Assembly (NCBI GenBank): GCA_010909165.1
Contig: VJWM01000192.1
Span: 248,001 to 312,000, forward strand
Source of the DNA: Anthoceros angustus
Taxonomy: Eukaryota > Plantae > Anthocerotophyta
Direction: 5' to 3'
Length of the DNA: 64,000 bases
Shown here: in pieces, positions 25,780 to 37,992 of the stretch
Layout of the letters: every line of letters starts with the position of its first letter
Numbering within the stretch: the stretch's first letter is position 1
Translations under genes and position numbers: made by a program
The notes under the pieces: generated by a model
Seen by the model: the letters and a program-made list of their open reading frames with translations, nothing else
Told to the model about the DNA's origin: nothing
Database searches by the model: none

Positions 25780-28700
25780 CCTCACTCTTCGCCTGACTCT
25801 AAACCTTCTTCCTCGGTCATGACTACTTCATCACCATCATTTTCGCTATCGATAGCTGCATCTAGGGTGGAGGGTACAATGTGAGGACAAAGAGCATTCA
25901 ATTTCTCTCTGATCGATTTCTTGTCTGCTGCGTAGAGATGTTTCCTGGATATCAGCTTGAACCCATAATACACAATAATGGTTTTACAAACGAAGAGCTT
26001 CAAGATGTTCGGAGGCCTGAAACCTTTTCCCGCCTTGCCTTTCAAAGGTGCTGCTATGTCGCTATCAGACATGAGAAAGTATTCCCCTACATACTTCCCT
26101 TCAAAAGCATCGTGTTGTCCGCCGGGTGCACAGGAAATAGTCGGTGAGGTGGACACCAACAACCTTGGCCACCAGCGCCCTATTGTGAGTGCTCGCCCTC
26201 ACAAGGCGTTACAATGAACATACCTTTTTAATCTCCATGATGTCACCATTCATCCTCTCACTTCCTCGTCGTTAACAGCGTTACGATATGCTCCAGTACA
26301 TGTCCCGTTGTGGTACATCCTGCAATAATGCTTCGTTTAGGAGAGCTTCCTCCGGAACGCAAGGGAGGCACGTTTGCTTCAGCCACTGCCCTATCGTACC
26401 ACTTCCACGGGTTTTTCAAAACAAGTCCGATGTTATGGTCCACAATCGTTGCGATCTCCTCTTGATCCTTCATCCCACCACTCCCCCTCAACAGCATTCA
26501 CATAAGTTGGTAACTTCAGCATCCTATCGTACGAGGTAAGCACTTGAATTCATATAAGCACTTCCTCGACCAACAACCAAGCAAACAAATCTAATACGCA
26601 GATATATAGGTGCAACTACCAACAACGGAGAGTAGCTACGCATTAGTAGCACAACACACTCTCCCACGAGGAACAACACACAAATTCCTCACATCGCTCT
26701 CGGAGTCATAGCTTTGGCCTCCTCACAAACGACACCCTTGTATTGCGCATATCTAGAGGGCAAGCTATGATATGTATCCTCAATGGAAGGGTCTATATAT
26801 ACTAGCCCTTGGTATCGGCATATTCCTAAGATATCCTATTGACATCGACATATGCGGAAATATCCTAAGAATACACTATAATATCTGAGGAATATGCCAA
26901 AACTTATTGAGCTTATCCACTATTATATCCTAAGAATACACTATAATATGCAAGGAATATGCCAAAGCATATTACTTGAGCTTATCCACTTAGCTATTGC
27001 TAACCATGTTTAATTAGCACTAATCAATGCGTAATTAACATAAGCACCTTAAATTAATTAACACTAATTACTTACTTAAATATAAGTAATTAGATTAATT
27101 AATGCTAATCAAACACTAAACCCAAGTGCAGAGATTAGTATCACACGGCATGACAATCCCTTTCTTCAACTGATCTACGCCATCACGTGCGCTCAAGCCT
27201 CCTCCACTCTCCTTCTTGTCTTTACTTTTGCAATGCCATTAAGAGTTGGGTAATCTTGTAGGCACAAACGACAAGAACTCCATGCCATCTTCGGTTCCCA
27301 CAATGGAGAAGTCGGTATGGTTTTACTCGAATGGCTACCTTTTCCCCTGTCCACTTTGTCTTCTTGGGTAATTTTGACCGGTGTTGGAGCAGGTTGTTCA
27401 ACTTCCGCACTGCAGCTTTGTACTTCCGACCTCCTTCTCCTGCCTGCATTGGCCACACAAATGAACGGAAATCTGCAACTTCCGTCACCACCTTCACTTA
27501 TAGGTTCGGTGTATAAGCTGTTCTCAAAATGTCCTGCATAGTTGGTAGGGTTCTTACCTCTTTGTGTTTCAGATGTTTCGAGAAACAAGAAAACATTTGG
27601 TCCACTTGATCGTGTGTATGCCCAACAAGAAGAAAACCAACCTTCACCTTCTGAAACGTTCCCAGGTTGACGAGCATGTTGAGGTAAGCAAAAGCGGTGA
27701 TTCTTGTTCTCCACATGTGTTGTCCAAGCGCAAATATAAAACTTTAGAAGAAACCCTTCATAAGTGAGGATCACATCCAAAATTCCCAAAAGGCAGCATA
27801 ATCACTTCCAAGCGACCGTATCGGCGTGACAAAGACTAGTTTAGTCTTGGCATGCACCATTGGAACCTAAGCGCTGTCGGGCCGGCAATAATAGTACAAG
27901 GGCACCGTGAGGTAGCGTGCCTTGTACATACGTGGCACACATGCACCATGGGTGCCTAGGCGGCAAGCACCATGGGTGCACGCAGTATTAGGCTGGCTTG
28001 GTACAGGCGGCAGGCATGCCGGGCATACCTTGATAGCCGCCACGCATCAAGATACATGGGCGCTAGCTTGGCAAGCCCACACATGTACATGGTATGGCGT
28101 CTTGCAGATGCGGGCAGATGTACATACGTCTCCAAGAATGCATGTACATGGTGGCCAGCATCTACCACTGATACGTGGTGGCACATGCGATGCATATGCA
28201 GTGCATGGTGGCCGGCATCTGGGCAGCCGCATGTCGTGTGGCATGCAAGTACAGAGCGTGCGTGGGCACGTCACACATGTGCACGTGGGCGGCATCTGCG
28301 TGCCCAGCCACATGGGCCGGCATCTTGGGCCACCACAGCATGTACATGGGCGCCGACATCACCGCATGTGCATGTGGGCGGCATCTTGCCACACATGTAC
28401 ATGGGCGGCCCGACATGCCGGCCACACATGCGGCATACACGACAACGAGTAAAGTGCGGCGTGCCCGGCAGCGCCGATATTGGCGCGCTAGCATGCCCGG
28501 TGGTTTGGCGCATGCCGGCCGATGTCACTGTCATATATGTACATATATCGCATGACATAACATGAACACACCGCGTGCGTGGCGCCAAAGATAACATGAT
28601 CACTACGGTGTGGGCGCCCATGCGATTCCATGATTCATGTCGCTTGAACCGTAACCCAATTCCTGTGCGGCATGTGTTCCATGATTCGATTCTATGTTGT

Positions 28701-29660
28701 ACTTGAACCCATCGGTTCTTGTGCCGACATTCTGCACCCACTTCCCATGGGCGCCGGCATGTTATGACGTGGTAGGCGCGGGCGGCCGGCATACGTACTA
28801 GCGGTGCCTCTGTGGCATGCATGCTGGCTACATTAGAACACAGGCGGCGGGCATGCAGGAGCCCATTGCTGTCGATGTTGCCGAATCACCATACAGAGGA
28901 GCAGGTCGCCTACCAACATCGCGCCCTGCCATGGAAGGTGAGGACTCGGCCGTGCAAGCTTTCACTGCTTCCCACGATTTTGCCACACTTACAGATTAAT
29001 GTCCAAAAGGCAGTGGGCTTGGAAAGTAGTACCTTGGTCAGTGCGAGCGTCTGTGCTTCGTATGTTGAACTTCAATCCTGCGTATAATGAACATGTCGAA
29101 AACCTATTGGACTTGGGTATCTTCACCCGTTTGAAGTTCTGTTCCCAAAGCTGCAGGAAGTAGGCATATGAAATAAAGCACAGTCCTTTCTGCTCCATTT
29201 CCCCTTTGTAATGTGTCCAAACCTCTAGCTTAGTGAATGTGTCTGGTAAGTTATACACCTCCACATTTGGCAAACGCTCTGCCAAGTGGATGAATGTAGA
29301 GTCCATCCATTAAGCCGAGTCCATCCGAGGTTTGGTTCTTCTTTCCGAATCGAGCTCCCGCAGATATTGGGAGGCATCTTCGCCATTGACATCAACATCG
29401 CCATCACGGTCCTTCTGAATCAGCAACCACATGACCCACATTGCTATAAAGTTTAACTACAAAGGGCAATAGAAGTTAGCGGCACAGTGGTATCACCTCG
29501 GCGTCATGAAGAATGTGCGTAGCTTGCAGCATGATGTGGGACTAGAACCTTGACGAGCTCGCCAGTGACACCAACAATTGCCAACCTCGCAAACGATAGC
29601 CACTTCTTTCTTGCTCTCAGTGTGTTGTAGCTCTCTCACATTCCGGCACTGTATGGAACA
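25780..29660 (-). mobile_element. Degenerate DNA transposon with a Sola-like DDD transposase, interrupted
   Basis: Minus strand ISYAYFLQLWEQNFKRVKIPKSNRFSTC (~29000-29300) and VLYLRLDNTCxENKNH..LVNLGTFQKVKVGFLLVGHTHDQVDQMFS (~27500-27760); superfamily assigned from the DN..NKN..GH..D motif only. Confidence 0.6.
26477..27155 (-). mobile_element. AT-rich LTR-like insertion with 5-bp TSD ATCCC
   Basis: ATCCC at 26472-26476 and 27156-27160. Removing it rejoins the host reading frame (VDQLKKG|MKDQEEI). Minus-strand start TGTCATG; TATA-like tract ~26790. Confidence 0.65.
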
Positions 29661-29664
29661 TTGA

Positions 29665-32600
29665 GAACATCCGACATCGAAAGACGACTCCTTACAATCC
29701 CAAGGCAAACGGTCTGACGGAGAAGACGAATGGGTTGTTATGTACAATTCTGACCGAGGTAACTGTAACTCACATGTATGATTGGGATGCTAAGTTACAT
29801 TCAGCGCTGTGGGCTTACAAGACCGAAGAGAAAGTAACGACCAAGAAGACCCCTTATTATTTGACATATGGCATGTCTCCCGTGATGCCCGTGGAATTCG
29901 AAGTACCTACCTATAGGATTATGGAGGATGAACGTATGACTGTAGGGGATAGCCAGCTAGCTAGATTAGAATCTTTCGTAGAGCAGGAGGAGCATAGGGA
30001 GGAATCTTTAGAAGAAACCCAGCGAATTCAAGAGCTTAGAAAAGATAGGTATGATGGGAAGTTGAGGAAGCAGGAAGCTATCATAACCGGGGATTTGGTT
30101 CTTCTATATGATAGCCATTATATGGACTTCCCAGGGAAGCTTAGGTTGAGATGGATGGGACCTTATGAGGTGGTGGCAGTATATGAGAATGGATTCGTTA
30201 CAGCTGCGAGTCTTTGTATAGGGGTTGCCAACTAGAGTGAAGGTGGAAGGTTAAGTACCTTGATTTGAGGGTACCTATTGTTTTGCGGGGCAAAACGGTG
30301 AGGAGGAGTATGTGGAATGTAAAAGTTTGGGCAACTAGCCTAAGTGAGACGATTGTGGGACAGGTCTGATTTTTTTTTTGTAAGCAGCGGTTGGAAGGAA
30401 ACATACCAAAGCTTTTTCAATTCTTTTGGAGCTGGAATTGGTGGATAATGTTGGGCAAGTAAAAAGGATGCTTAGGGAAGAAGAAACGGGTCAAAATGAC
30501 CTTTTAGCGAAGCAGGTAGGTGGCCCAAAGGGGGCGGTGGGCTGGCGATCTGGTAGGGGTCGCCAACCCTCGTCGTTGGTGAGGGCGTGGGGCAGGACTA
30601 CGGTAGGCTGGCGGACTACAATCGTGGGGCTGAGGCGTTTCGGCCGAAAGCGAATTTAGAATAAGGGCATATTCACTATATATGCCTACCAATAGGGAAT
30701 TAGATAAATAGGCTAAATAGGGGGTTCACGATTAGATTAGGAAATGATTAGTTAAAAGCCGAAATAGGATAAGGGGATAGGTTATTTAGAATGGGAGATC
30801 CAATCTAGGGTTGGGAGGCCTCCAGGTGGCAACCATCCAAGAGGAGTAAAAGTCCAGTTTAGGCGGCGCCAACTCTCCCTCCGAACTGAAGCATCTTCAC
30901 TTCGCGAAGGACTGGAGCTGGAGCGTAAGAGGAAGAAAAAGGAGAAGGAAGGGAGGCCGCCATCGCTACGAGCAGGTCGCGATAGGAGGAGACTGTGCGC
31001 AGAAGTCAGGAATCCTAGCTTCGGCGTGCGAGGGATCGGAGGAATGAAAGGGGAAGAGAAAGACCAAGGGGTCCCTTTTTTGGATTCTCTTCCTTCTTTC
31101 CTTCCTGTCCGCCAGAGGAAGAGGGATGGGAGGCGTGAGCAGGCCTACCTCGCGCAATGGCTGTGGGGGCGAGGATGCTGGAAGTTTCCAGCAAGAGACC
31201 AAAGGAGTCTACATTGGGACCCCTAGAAGAGTTGCTGAGTGCCTGTGAGGCATTTGGCCAGGTTGATTTGAAGGCAGCGAGGGAAATGGCAACCTCCCTC
31301 CTGACATGTCAAGAGGAAGTTCGGGCGAACAAGGCCCAGGAGATGGCGGAGAGACGAGCGGGGACCAAATGGCAATTGGAGGCCATGGAGTCTGATGAGA
31401 AGGCAGCCAAGTTGGAGAAGGCTGTGGAGAAACTCCAGCAAGATATTGTGGACCACTGGAGGACAGAGAAGGCCCTGGAGGGGAAGCTGTCCCAAGCGGA
31501 AGAGAGGGCTATCCAAGCCACTGGCCAGCGAGACGCATGGAGGCAAAAGGCGGAGGACCATTTTGCCCAACTAGAGTAGAAGCGACGAAGCAAATCTGAG
31601 GCTCTAGGGCGAGAGAAGCGGGCGACCCAGCAGGTGGAGGCACAAGAGCAAGTGATGGCCACCCAAGCCTCAAGATCCGGGACATGGAAGAAGAATTGCG
31701 AAGAGCCCGGTTGAGTTTGGAGGTGAGACGCACAGAGTTAATCGCCCAAGACCTCCAAGTGCGAGGATTGGAACGCGAGAAGAATGCTTGGCAAGAGGAG
31801 AAGGAGAAGCTGGCCAAGGAAGTGGCGGAGCTGGAACAGAGGAGAGCCCGGGAGGAGGAGCACCACAAAAAGGTGGTGCACAGGTTGCTGGTAGTTAGGA
31901 AGAGACGGTTTCGGGCGGATTATGCCCTTCAATCGAAACTAACCGGCCAACTTAGAGAATCCAGGGAGGAGAACGTCACCCTACATATGAGGGTGGGCGA
32001 ATTGACGACGGCAAGGGACGCCTACAAGGGTAGATGTGAAGATGGAGAATGGCCCACCGAGCTCGACGACCTCCAGATGCAATATCACAGTTTGGGAGAC
32101 CATCTCCATAATAGGATATTGAAGGCCAACAATGAGTTGTTGCGCCTTGCCAAGAGGAGGACTTTAGGTCCTCAGGATTTACGATCGAGAGATGTCAAGC
32201 ATGTGGCACGGGAGGCCTTGACGGATGAGGCCATTAACGATGACATGACTCGAGGAGTCAGAAGAGGCGGCGGAAGGAGAGAAAGCCGCGACGCCAAGGA
32301 GAGAAGATGGCGCAACAAGCAAGGGAGGTGGGCAGCCTACCCTTGCAGGAGGTCAGCCTACCCCGGTAGGTGACCAGCCTACCGCAGTAGGTACCCACCC
32401 TACGCCGGTAGGCAGGCAGCCTACCGTGGTAGGACAAGGACCTATGGGCGTAGGTCCAGAGAAGGCAGCAGGCCATGGAGGCCTGGCTGAGGATGGAAGG
32501 GCCGGGGGATCCAGCAACATGCCCCCTAGGATAGATGATAAGGTGGTTGAGGGAGCAATGCCACCGGAGGAGACCAAAGACGGGGTACGGCCCGTCATGA

Positions 32601-32900
32601 CAGGAGAAGGGGTGAGAAATTCCCTCACCCCACAGACAAGTGAGGAACCGGGACCTGGAGAGGAGTCCAGCACGAAAAAGGCCCGGAGGAATCAGTGAGG
32701 AGGACATCATTGGTCAGCGAATGGGGAGGAAGGATCTTTCAAAAATGCTCTATGATAGGTATGGACAAATCAAACAACAGGCGAAAGAGCAACGAAGATC
32801 TTGACCCAGGAAGCCTTCTCCGAGACGAATCAAAGAGGAGAACAGCATCGAAGGATCCGGAAGGGACCAACCTACCATGGTAGGTGGTCAACCTACCCCG
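29665..32900 (+). mobile_element. Non-chromovirus Ty3/Gypsy (Athila/Tat-like) 3' fragment: integrase C-terminus plus an extra coiled-coil ORF
   Basis: TTPYNPKANGLTEKTNG..DWDAKLHSALWAY..TPYYLTYG..GDLVLLY..PGKLRLRWMGPY (29665-30240); downstream sense ORF pieces 31157-31579 and 31684-32373. Confidence 0.8.
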
Positions 32901-35900
32901 GTAGGCTGCCCTTTGAAGGAGCGCGGCCAGGTAGCAGAGGCTGGAAGATGAGCCATTTGAGTGCGCGGAAGGGGCACGATTACCTGGATGGCGAGAGGAA
33001 TCGGGGCACCACTCGGTAGAGCAGGAAGAAGGGTCAGAGCGGTACTTGCTCCACAAGCGAGGAAGAAGTGTTGGTGGGGGGTTCCCGGGACCCCCGGAAC
33101 CCTCAGCCCTGTAGCGGCCACACTTATCCCACTGTCGGTTCGTACAGTAGGTTTTGTTCCCACGAAGGAGTGGGGAGCCTTCCCCCCGGATGGAGGGTGC
33201 GCCCTCCGACCTCTCGACTCTCTTGACCTCCCGCATGCACGCCTCGACTAAGCGCCTCTCATGCGCCTGGGGTGACCCACCTAGGTAAGTCACACTACCC
33301 TACCGCGATGATTCCGGCGCGGACTCGTCGAGAGGCAGCCCAATTTGCAGCAACCATGGGGACCCCCAAATCACCGTCTGAGGCAATCCTCCCACCAGTA
33401 TAAATCCTACCTCTAAGACCCTTCTCCAGACAAATTTGGGGCCGCCCCCTCAAGCTTTTGTCACAGCCCTTGAAATTTCACCTTCCCCTCTCTTTTCTAG
33501 ATTGCTTCCACACTTTTCTTCCTCCTCTCTTCTCTTTTTGTCTTTTTCTCTTTTCTCTCTTGCTCCTTCCTTCTCCTCTCTTGCTCCTTCCTTCTCTTCT
33601 CTTGCTCCCTATCCTCTCTAGCTCCTCTCTCGTCCTCTCTCGCTCTCTCTTCTCTCTTTTCTCTCTTTTCTCTCTTTTCTCCTCTCTTCTCCTCTCTTCT
33701 CCTCTCTTCTTTAATCTACCTCTTCCACTCTTCCTAGCTAACTATCAGCCACAGGCGCCCTCCGCCTCCCAAAGAACTCGAGATCATAGGCGGTGCCCTC
33801 ACGGTCCCTAGGCCGAGACATTTTGGCTTAGCGGCGTCCGCGTCTTGGAATTTGCTAGGGTCTTCCTTCACCGATGCAGACCGCGTCCCTTCTTCCATGA
33901 CGATGGCGGCTCCACCACCGTGGTGGCTGCCATGACGGTGGTGGCTCCACCACCGTGGTGGCTGCTTCCCCAGCAGTGTGTTTAACTGCGGTGGTATTGC
34001 TCTACCCTTCTTGATTTGCCTCTCCCTTGACCACAGCCTAGCCTCACTCTCTCCGCTTATACCTCTCCGCTAGCTTCGAACTTCTCCGGAGGTGCAGTCT
34101 CCACTTCTTCACAGGCCCCTGTTCTTTGAATGAAGGATCCCCACCTTATATAGACAATTTTTATTCCTAAAATCCCAAGGTCCAAGGACCTTCTAGCACA
34201 CTGATATTCCCAGTTCGAGGCCCAAGGACTAATTATTTGTAAAAGTAATATTGTCATGGGCCAAGGACCATTTTAGTATAAAAGGCCTTGCCTCGGACAT
34301 TTCCTAAGCACTCCATCACACAAAACATAAGAAAAACAAAAAAACATTCAAACCAATAGTCGGGGAGGTTAGTGTACATGTGGTCTTCCATACTCCCTTC
34401 TCATTTGTTGGCGTCCTCAACTTATTGATAATACTTTTCAACTCGCCAACCAACTCGGTTGGCAAAGCGACCATTCAAATCTGCGGTGGATGGAACCATT
34501 GTGGAAAACCTCCGGGACCACGAGCGGACCCATCCACACCTTTCGGTCGTCACCCATAACCGTTTGTTACCGTCCGGTCCCATTCGATATAACTTGGTCT
34601 TGTGTCTTACGGTCGCGAGTAATGAATGACGATTCTGTACCTTAGAGGTTTTGAGGAATTTGGCGGTGAGATACTCACAAATTTCCGATCGTCGATTTGT
34701 GAAGCTCTTTCTCCCTTCTCATTCGAGGCCATCGTCTCCCTTCCCCTCTTGAATTGGGTGGCCCTCTCGCCCTCCACATACGTGTTGTTCCACTTTCTTG
34801 GCTGCCGCCTCAGCCTCCCTCCTTGCTTGCTCCGCATCTTTTTTGCATACAACGCCTCTTGTTTCGCCCTCGCCAGCTCTTTGTTCCCCCGCACGCGGCT
34901 CTTCTTCCCTTCCACTTCACCCCTTGATTTCTTCTTTTTCCTCCCGGCGCGCTCCCCATCTGACAAATCTTCCTCCAAGCTGTCACTCGTTTCTTCCTCC
35001 ATGGAATCCTCTGGGGAATCTTCTGAGGAGCTTTCCTCTCCTGAGGAACTTTCTCCCGAGGACGATGAGGAATCCCTTTCTTTTCCCGTTTTGGACTTCT
35101 TCCTTCTTAGCCTTCTTCATCTCCTGCGAGTTAGATTCCTCGTAATTTAGCGCCGCCTTGATAGCCTTGCCCAAATTCTTCTCCTTGCCACCTTCGTGTC
35201 TCCCCATCTTAGAACCCGGGCCTTTAGCGAACCACCGTATTGCAGCTCGAATGAGGACCACTACGATCACGTAATGAAACCTCTCAACATCGCTTGCAAG
35301 GTTTCCTTCCTCTCTCTTTGTAACCTCTCAAGCTTGGACAACACGTAGCCCTCCATGTCAATCCCCTAAACCTCTCACGAAGGCATTCTTCAATTCTTCA
35401 AAGGTGGTTGGGGTGTGGGTACTACGCGTCTGTACCACTTTCTTTGGACCGCCCGAAGAACTCCATAGAGCAATTTGAATCGTGCATCACCCGATTCTGG
35501 TTTGCAAATGTCAGCTCAAACGCTCAACAAATTCATCGGGATCCTCATACCCTTTCCTCTCCATACAGCAGGTAAGGTTGCTTGGTGGTGACCACCACCG
35601 GCGCAGTGGTGGACATGGTTTTGTCGTGGGCGATTCGGTAGTGGTTGATTGACCGTCCATCGCGAGTTGATTGGGCAGATGCGCACACCTGGAAGAGGTC
35701 GGAGACAAGTTTGGACCAAGGTTTCGGCCGTGGTACCTCGTCCAAGACCGAGATTGGGGATCTTGCTCCAACAAGATCGGACCCCGAATCCCGGTCGATT
35801 CCTTACTCCCTTCCTTCCAGCAAGTCGTCCTCCAATTGGGTCCTCCTCAACTCCCGATCCAGCAACCCTTTTCAACCTTTCCCCTTTGCTTGGCTGTCGC

Positions 35901-36032
35901 CGGCAGGCTTCTCTTCCACTTGACTCAGATCCTCAGACTCAACTCGTGGCATCCATCTACCAAACTAGATACACTCCAAACTAGACACCTAAGCTATGGT
36001 TAGTCTTTCCTATAATCTGACAGCAGTTTCAT

Positions 36033-36050
36033 TCCCCGGCAACGGCGCCA
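36033..36050 (-). promoter_or_regulatory. Primer-binding site complementary to tRNA-Asp
   Basis: Minus strand TGGCGCCGTTGCCGGGGA, 3 nt after an LTR-like ...CCACA end. Confidence 0.85.
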
Positions 36051-36714
36051 AAATGTGGAATGGGGTTTTTGCATCCGAAGGCAAAGAGGCCACATTTACC
36101 CTCTATGTCGTTATAGTCCTAGGATTCGATCCCAAGGGAATGGTTTTGTGTCAAGATGTTCTAAACTATGGATTCTAGTCCTCCTACAATCGGTTCCTAC
36201 CATAATCAACTACGTGTCGAGCCCACGACCATGGTAAGTTCGACCACGCGTGGTGGGTTCGGCCCGCCGTGGTGGTGTGTGGATTCCGCCACCGCCGTGG
36301 TGGATTCCCCGCCGTGGATTCCGCCATTCGCCGTGGTGGGGACCTGGCGCAGCCCGGTGGGACCCACCCGGCCGCGCCGTCGCGATCGACTATTTGGCGC
36401 CGGTTCCCTGCCGCGCGTTAAGGGTTATGGTCCTATGCACACAGATTCACATGTACACCAAGTCACACTCATGTGGATTCACACCCAGAGCTCACTGGTG
36501 GATGTACACCATGGCCACGCACGTCGCGGCACCTCACTCCGTCGCGAATTTCCTCTGACCCCACAATTTATTCCCAACCTTCCTCAGCGTTCCGCATTTT
36601 CCAGACTCTCGCGCTCACCACTTCCTAGACTCCTCTTCACACAACGACTCACTCACCCCTTTCTTCGGGACCTCATACACCACGCGCACAAGATGTTCCC
36701 ACAGATCCTCCTCT

Positions 36715-36875
36715 CTCAGACCTCTCTTGGGCCACAGACCCCTCATGCAGACCTCTCTTGGGCCACAGACCCCTCCTTGGGCCACAGACCCCTCCTCAGG
36801 CCACAGACCTCTCTTGGGCCACACAGACCCCTCCTTGGGCCACACAGACTCGGGCCACAGACCCCTCCTTGGGAT
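36715..36875. repeat. Degenerate ~19-bp tandem repeat GGGCCACAGACCCCTCCTT within the LTR
   Basis: About 8 imperfect adjacent copies. Confidence 0.85.
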
Positions 36876-37338
36876 TAGACAAGTTAGGGTTGGGAAAGGA
36901 AAAAAAAACAGTGGTCGGCTCACAGGCGATTCGCGATCTCACCCGGTCCCCCGGAATTTCCCTCTCGGCATGCATTGAGCACCCTTCACCACTAGTCACC
37001 CAGACGCGGAGCTTGGTCACTCGGCTCTCGACCATCCAGGATCTCCCGGCCCTCTTGTGACGAGAGGACAGCACGAATCAGCCCATCATCGATCGGATGT
37101 CTCCAACCAACCACGCACAAATTCGACACGGGAGCTCACACAGTATGCATTAAGAGACACTCAAGGGTCTCTTATACATCGGCCGCGCCGCTCACTTTCC
37201 GGTGTCTAAAGATGGCTAACCTACCTCCGGTGTTTAAAGATGGCTAACTTACCACAAGCGCCTACCAATTCGGTGTATCTACAAATTCACAAGCTTCCTA
37301 GCACCTTATCCTCTAATCCAAGTGAAAGCCTCGACCTA

Positions 37339-37987
37339 TGATGCGCTCCCTCTAAAATCAGCGCCTCACTGTGGCCGCCTAGCCCTACGGCCCATGGGTG
37401 TTCCCTCGCTCTCCTACCACGCCTCACGAAGATCCTCCCTTAATATCTCCACCTCACTCCACTTCTCAGGGTCCCTTCACTCCTCCTAGGCGCCGTCAAA
37501 TCTCGCCCCTGCGCGTTTCCTCGCTCCTCATCGGGCAGCCGTGCGTTCCCGTCCATGCTCTAGCCTCACTTGCTCATTTCCTCGAGCACAACTTTGAAGG
37601 TATGCGGCTCCTGTGGACAATCCTGGTTGCTTCACTGCTGAGGGTTGCATCCTCTCTGGGCGCCCACGGTGGCTTCCCACCTTGCCCAGCCTGCTTCCTC
37701 TCCGCTCGAAACGCTACCCAACTACCCTCCACAAAGAAAGGTTTGGGCCCCGCCCTTACCTGTCACGCACCTCAAGACCCTACGGACACCATGCACCCTC
37801 ACACGGTCGGCACGCTTGCGCTTGTAGCAAACAAGCACACCTGGTCGGAGAGCAAGGCATGACATTTTATTATGGGAGCTCCTCCCCTCTTATAGGAGCT
37901 CCCCAAACCCTAGCATTAATTAAGTCTGGTGGGGTAGGTGGGGTTGCTTACGGTTTTAAGTAGGTGGCCTCTTAACCTACCTTAACA
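37339..37987 (-). mobile_element. Solo LTR with 5-bp TSD ACCTA
   Basis: TG at 37339, CA at 37987; ACCTA at 37334-37338 and 37988-37992; minus-strand CTATAAG box ~37890. Confidence 0.75.
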
Positions 37988-37992
37988 ACCTA

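Larger units (their letters stand above)
33000..37200 (-). mobile_element. Internally deleted Athila-like element: LTR, PBS(Asp), gag, integrase tail
   Basis: LTR 3' end at 36054; gag remnant GYEDPDEFVE ~35510-35560; integrase C-terminus EVFHNGS..VGWRVxKYY ~34430-34520; outer bounds approximate. Confidence 0.65.

Noticed and set aside
27922-28822. His/Cys/Met-rich ORFs on both strands
   Set aside because: Artefacts of CATG/GCCGGC palindromic repeats
33458-35150. Hydrophobic Leu/Ser/Phe ORFs as membrane or env proteins
   Set aside because: Antisense translations of purine-rich retroelement sequence
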